Shown here: one piece after another, positions 59,323 through 64,000 of the stretch
Layout: each line of letters begins with the position of its first letter
Position numbering within the stretch: position 1 is the stretch's first letter
From: Squalus acanthias
Taxonomy: Eukaryota
Assembly (NCBI GenBank): GCA_030390025.1
Contig: CM059433.1
Span: 4,650,001-4,714,000, forward strand
Reading direction: 5' to 3'
Length of the DNA stretch: 64,000 nucleotides
Translations under genes and position numbers: made by a program
Notes under the pieces: generated by a model
Database searches by the model: none
Seen by the model: only the letters and a program-made list of their open reading frames with translations
Told to the model about the DNA's origin: nothing

Positions 59323-60448
59323 ATTTGGATGATCAGCCATGATCTCATTAAATGGCGGAACAGGCTCGAGGGGTCGAATGGCCTACTCCTGCTCCTATCT
59401 TCTATGCTTCTATGTTTTACCTTTGTTCCAGTATGCAGGGCATTTGTTTTACCAATGGAAACAAAAACGAAAAGTAGCTTAGTTACATTATACAAAATGT
59501 AAAAAAAGAAACACTCCGTAATAAGTAAAAGCTATTTACCCAGGGTTAGCTTACAATAACAACCTATTTGCTTGTTCGTCCTTTGTTAAATACATTTGTT
59601 TAATGGTTTTAAAATTGAAATGAAGTCTGAGGGTATAACGCTCCAAACATTCATCAAAAGGTGAAACAAAACCCATGAGGACTTAAGATAATTGCAGTAA
59701 CTAAGAAATATTAAACTGTGTTTTGTTATCCGAGACACATTATCAAAAGCTTGCCTAGATCTCAAGCCTGGGACAGACATTCTCGAAGGTATGGGAAGTT
59801 GGGACTCACCACCCCCCCACCCCCAGAGAGTGATCTTAGATATGACAGTCACAATAATTCAGAGTAAGGGCAGTAAAAATCCAAAAACCTAACAGAGACT
59901 CGACCACATCTCCCTTCCCATCAGTCAGCCATTTCATCCATGCCACAGTTCACCTGCGAGAAGCCACAGGCAGGATCAACGCTAACATGAAGCATTTTTA
60001 GTGCCACCAATGAAGTCATCTGAAATAGCATTCGGTGCCACAAAGGCGGCATTTATTAGAACTGGAACTGGTGCAGCACCCCTACCCGCAGTACATGCCT
60101 TAACGTGAGGGCAAACAATAAGAAGGATGGGGGGGGGGGCGGGGGAGAGTCACAATTCAGAGGATGTAGTACAGATGGTACAATGTAATTAGACAAGAGC
60201 AAGGCATGTAATGGGTTGATGCCGTGTAATTTTTTTTTAAAAGGGGAAAAAAAGGAAGAAAATTCCAATGCTCATTCGCTCCCTGTGATAGCTCCTGTTC
60301 CACCCTGTTCTCAACCATTTCCTTTCATTCCAAACGAAGGAATTTATGGAGCCCAGTTTAGTTGTAAGTTTGAGGTTGGTCACTCTTCATTGCACCAACT
60401 TCCACTGGAAATCGACATTCTTTAAATTGAAGCTTTGTCTACTCACCA

Positions 60449-60534
60449 CCTGACGAAGGAGCAGCGCTCCGAAAGCTTGTGATTTCAAATAAAGCTGTTG
60501 GACTATAACCTGGTGTTGTGCGACTTCTCACTTT
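60449..60534 (+). mobile_element. Penelope-like hammerhead cassette inserted at a GREB1 splice donor
   Basis: CTGACGAAGGAGCAGCGCTCCGAAAGCTTGTG..., almost identical to 24853-24935; TACTCACCA at 60440-60448 and 60535-60543. Confidence 0.82.
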
Positions 60535-60541
60535 TACTCAC

Positions 60542-60664
60542 CATCGGTGGTGCAGCAACCTTCTGGGGGAGCCTTTATCTGATATGGAATGAGGGGGCTG
60601 CTGGACTCCGATCCATCATCCTCCTCCTCTTCTTCATTCCCTGGTCTTTTGCAAGCTGTATTGT
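60542..60664 (-). CDS. GREB1: GREB1 coding exon 2 (acceptor uncertain)
   Basis: Encodes KRPGNEEEEEDDGSESSSPLIPYQIKAPPEGCCTTDG, homologous to the GREB1 acidic run and PEGCCTTDG. Donor G|gtgagt at 60542. In-frame AG acceptors give starts at 60655, 60664, 60733, 60745 or 60769. Confidence 0.88.
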
Positions 60665-61759
60665 CTGGAAGGCCATTTGTATTACTGACACACAAACATC
60701 TGATTCTCTCCGAGCCCCCAGAATTTTCACCAGCTAATTTAACGACTGATTTTACACACGGGTTGAATTCTTTGAAAACAGACGGTTAATCGTGGGGTAA
60801 CTTTTCCTGTCCAGCATGTCGTTCTGGGTGTCAGAAGGTGCGGAGAACTAAAATTTAACCTGAATGGACAGCAGATAATGGATGCATGCGGCCAGATTCT
60901 CATATGCGCTCCCAACATGCAGAGTCTGGTATGTGTCTACAGAACACGTGGACCATACGGAACCATGCGAATGAGACAAGGAGGGGTCTTAGTGGACTAT
61001 GCTGGGAATGCTTTGCAGGTGCGCCCAGAAACGGCTCACACTGTGGCCTGGACCCAAACCACCACGGACCAGAGGGTTCTCATTGTCCCACAGGCAGACG
61101 CAACATCTGCAGGTAGGCCACAAATTTTAGTTTACACTTCAAATCAGCCAGAACGTCCCGGTCAACCAGGTCACAGAGGCAAGGCAGCTGTAGGCTGCCC
61201 CCCCCCCCCACCCCCGAGTGATTCAAATGGCCCAGGACAAGAAGTCGGGGCAATCCCAGGGCTGGACAGGTGTGGCAGACTTCAGGCGCGCTGTACCTGT
61301 TTAACGCACAGGCAGAGAGGGCTCAGGAAATTCAACCTTACTACATGATGTTAAGCTTCAGTTAAATCAGCTTATTCACTGAATGCTATACTTGTCAGTC
61401 ACTCGTACTTCACTGTAGGTTGCCCAAAACAACATTATAATGAACAAGAAATGCTCGTCCTTCAGTGTCTCTTTGCCATTGTCAGCACAAAATCAAGGTT
61501 ACTTCTAACAGCAACAGCACAAAATGAATGGATGGCGCAGTAGGTGAAGGATTGTTTGTATCTGCTGAGAGAACACTGATCCAGACCAGCAAAGGAAGGG
61601 TTGTCCCTCTGCAGAAGAAATTTAAAGCAGATTTCCCTGTGCACTCTGGGATCCAGGTTACTGTGACTGAAAAAATTATTTATCTCAATACAGTCCACTC
61701 CTGAGAATTCAAAGCAATTTTTATGCAAAAAATGTGAATTATTCAGCACTTTTAATTAA

Positions 61760-62203
61760 AGAAAGAAAGACTTGCATTTATATAGCGCCTTTCACGACCA
61801 CTGGACGTCTCAAAGCGCTTTACAGCACTGTTGTAATGTGGGAAACGCAGCAGCTAATTTGCACACAGCAAGCTCCCACAAACAGCAATGTGATAATGAT
61901 CAGATAATCTGTTTTAATGATGTTGATTGAGGGATAAATATTGGCCCCAGGACACCGGGGATAACTCCCCTGCTCTTCTTCGAAATAGTGCCATGGGATC
62001 TTTTACGTCCACCTGAGAGGGCAGACAGGGCCTCGGTTTAACGTCTCATCCGAAAGACAACACCTCCGACAGTGAAGCGCTCCCTCAGCACTGCATTGGA
62101 GTGTCAGCCTAGCTTTATGTGCTCAAGTCTCTGGAGTGGGACTTGAACCCACAACCTTCTGACTCAAGAGACGAGTGGGCTACCCACTGAGCCACTGGCT
62201 GAC
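61760..62203 (-). mobile_element. Full-length Deu-domain tRNA SINE
   Basis: Near-identical to 25721-26190; AATTAA on both flanks. Confidence 0.9.
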
Positions 62204-62631
62204 AATTAAGCAATATAAATAGCACAGCAAAGTTATCTTTTAAACCTAAACATAGTTTAATGCAGAGAGGAACAATCCTGCAATCTTTGCTACAGACAAT
62301 ACAACTGAGTAAATTTAGAGGCTGTTTGCTAGACTATTTGAGAATCTACTGTCCAGAGGTAATTATCAATTGTGATGTTAGATAGTTACCAGTAACAACA
62401 ACCAACTTAGTCAGAAAATTGAGTACTTTGTACAAAAACTGTACACTTAAAAATCTAACAATGTAGAGAGATGAAAAGTTACTAAGAGCCACCAGCATGT
62501 GACTTTTCCCCCGAAAGGTGGAAACCTTTTATCTTTTGCTCATTTAAAATAGACTAAACACTAATTGTAAAGTTTTTTTTGACTTAAAAACTAATATAGA
62601 GTCAAGTTTAAAAAAAAATCCATGTTCTTAC

Positions 62632-62791
62632 CTTCTAAATTCGAGATCAATTGGTGCTCAGCCTCCAGATATAACTGGGAAAACACAGGCCTCGGGACCA
62701 AGTTGTTTGAACGCAGGGAGGCTTCGATAGAATTGTGGAGAACTTCTTCAAAACGGGTCGTCTTCAGTTGTCCAGCATATGAGTTTCCCAT
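62632..62791 (-). CDS. GREB1: GREB1 coding exon 1 (contains start codon)
   Basis: [48 protein letters not shown] matches the GREB1 N-terminus (TTRFEEV/RSNNL is GREB1; GREB1L has SARFEEA/RCSSV). 160 nt ending G|gtaaga, phase 1. Confidence 0.96.
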
Positions 62792-63804
62792 CTTTACAAA
62801 AACACAAACAACTCAAAACTAAGAAGCAGCTGACTGCAGAACCGAACAACACAAGAGCAAAAGTTTCTGAAACTAATCTGGGCTATTCGAAGAGGAATTA
62901 TATTTTCCTTCTGAATTTTCTTAAAACATGCTCAGTAAAGTGAAGCAGGGCAGCAAAAGCTCCCTGCTGGTAAATGACAGGAAACCCTGTCCTCAACAGC
63001 CCAGGGCAGAGGCACTGCCGAGTATGACACCCTCCTGATGGAGGTTATTGACATCTAATGTTACAGGGTAATGAGGCGTGCAAAAGTAGAGTGCACGCAT
63101 CTAAAACAGCAATAAACCCTGTCTACAAGACGGTCTCATTCTCCAAGGTAAAAGGCAGCAACAACCATTGAAATATAAATATCTGTGAAGCCTACTGGTG
63201 CATGTTTGTTTTGTCACATGGATTAGTCTAGACTGGGGCTGCAAGCTTCGCATTGACTTATTCTAAGACTGGTCGTTTAGTTGCAGACAATTTATGTTGA
63301 ATATTGAAGGCGCCAATTGGTCTGAATTTGCAAACCTTGAAAAAAACAGTTGGAGCTTGACGGAACAAATTGGTTTGTAGCTGCAATCCTTTAACAAAGC
63401 CAAAGAATACAACAAAAAGTGGTGTGCGAGTCAAGATATCTAATAAGGACAAACTTCTTGAAGATCTGATTATATAACAAAACAGCTGCACAAAATAGTA
63501 GCTTTACTGAATGATGCAATTAGAGTGTTCTCAGATGACTGTCTGGCTTGCTATACGTTGATAGTTTTCCTTGGTGACTGTTCTGTCTATTGTCTTGTAA
63601 AGTCATAAGATTAAGAGCACATCACCCTTGGAAACAACCACAAACATTCTGACCCAGGGTTACAATGTCCTGCTCATGGGAGTGGATAATAACTGGTGGA
63701 TTATTGACAGCTTATACTGACAGTTAAATTTCATTAATGCAGCCAGAGATGTATGTACATAACAGGAAAAAAAATTGAATACTTTTCAGCATTTTAAAAT
63801 CTTG

Positions 63805-64000
63805 GGGGAGGAAAAATTCGGTTGGTTAGCGCCTCCCGTTAGCGTCTCCGGGGGGCACTAACAGGGCGTGAGCAACTTAGCGCCCGAGCGAGGCGATTTT
63901 AGCGCCGCTCGCAAAATTGACCTGTCGTTTTGTGCTGGTGCTAAACACTACCGCCACCATCTCCTGCGCCCGCAGATAGTGACATCATGCAAGCGTGCAA
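63805..64000. mobile_element. MITE family B end, truncated by the window edge
   Basis: GGAAAAATTCGGTTG.TT.GCGCCTCC.GTTAGCG matches the reverse complement of 34890-34964. Confidence 0.65.

Larger units (their letters stand above)
55150..59413 (+). mobile_element. Near full-length CR1 LINE
   Basis: 5' UTR, ORF1, ORF2, (TTCTATG)-type tail; possible GTTTTAC duplication at 55143-55149 and 59414-59420. Confidence 0.92.

Noticed and set aside
61159..61173. Nuclear-receptor-like direct repeat CGGTCA-acc-AGGTCA; estrogen response elements
   Set aside because: A single imperfect short motif is expected by chance. I did not spot a full GGTCAnnnTGACC by eye, and the promoter is probably outside the window.
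62632..62791. GREB1L assignment
   Set aside because: Diagnostic residues [26 protein letters not shown] and GWSP fit GREB1.

Overview
Vertebrate nuclear DNA, very likely a cartilaginous fish (shark/ray), judged from the repeat families; the species cannot be told from the sequence. The window is the 5' part of GREB1 on the minus strand. Seven coding exons (62791 down to 4328) have GT-AG boundaries, all phase 1, and splice into one frame matching the GREB1 N-terminus; the gene runs off the left edge. Introns are packed with mobile DNA: PIF/Harbinger transposons (one near full length) and 3-bp-TSD MITEs, CR1 LINEs (one near full length with an esterase ORF1), L2 and RTE fragments, Deu-domain and probable Meta-domain SINEs, Penelope-like fragments carrying hammerhead ribozyme cores, and a ~10 kb 15-bp satellite whose giant ORFs are artefacts. 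Most notable: a LINE with a tRNA/SINE-derived head plus its internally deleted SINE partner; a hammerhead cassette that duplicated a GREB1 splice donor; and a U_UUA_AAC slippery site joining CR1 ORF1 to an ATG-less ORF2. Repeat family names come from recalled consensus motifs, not a database search, and many repeat ends are approximate.
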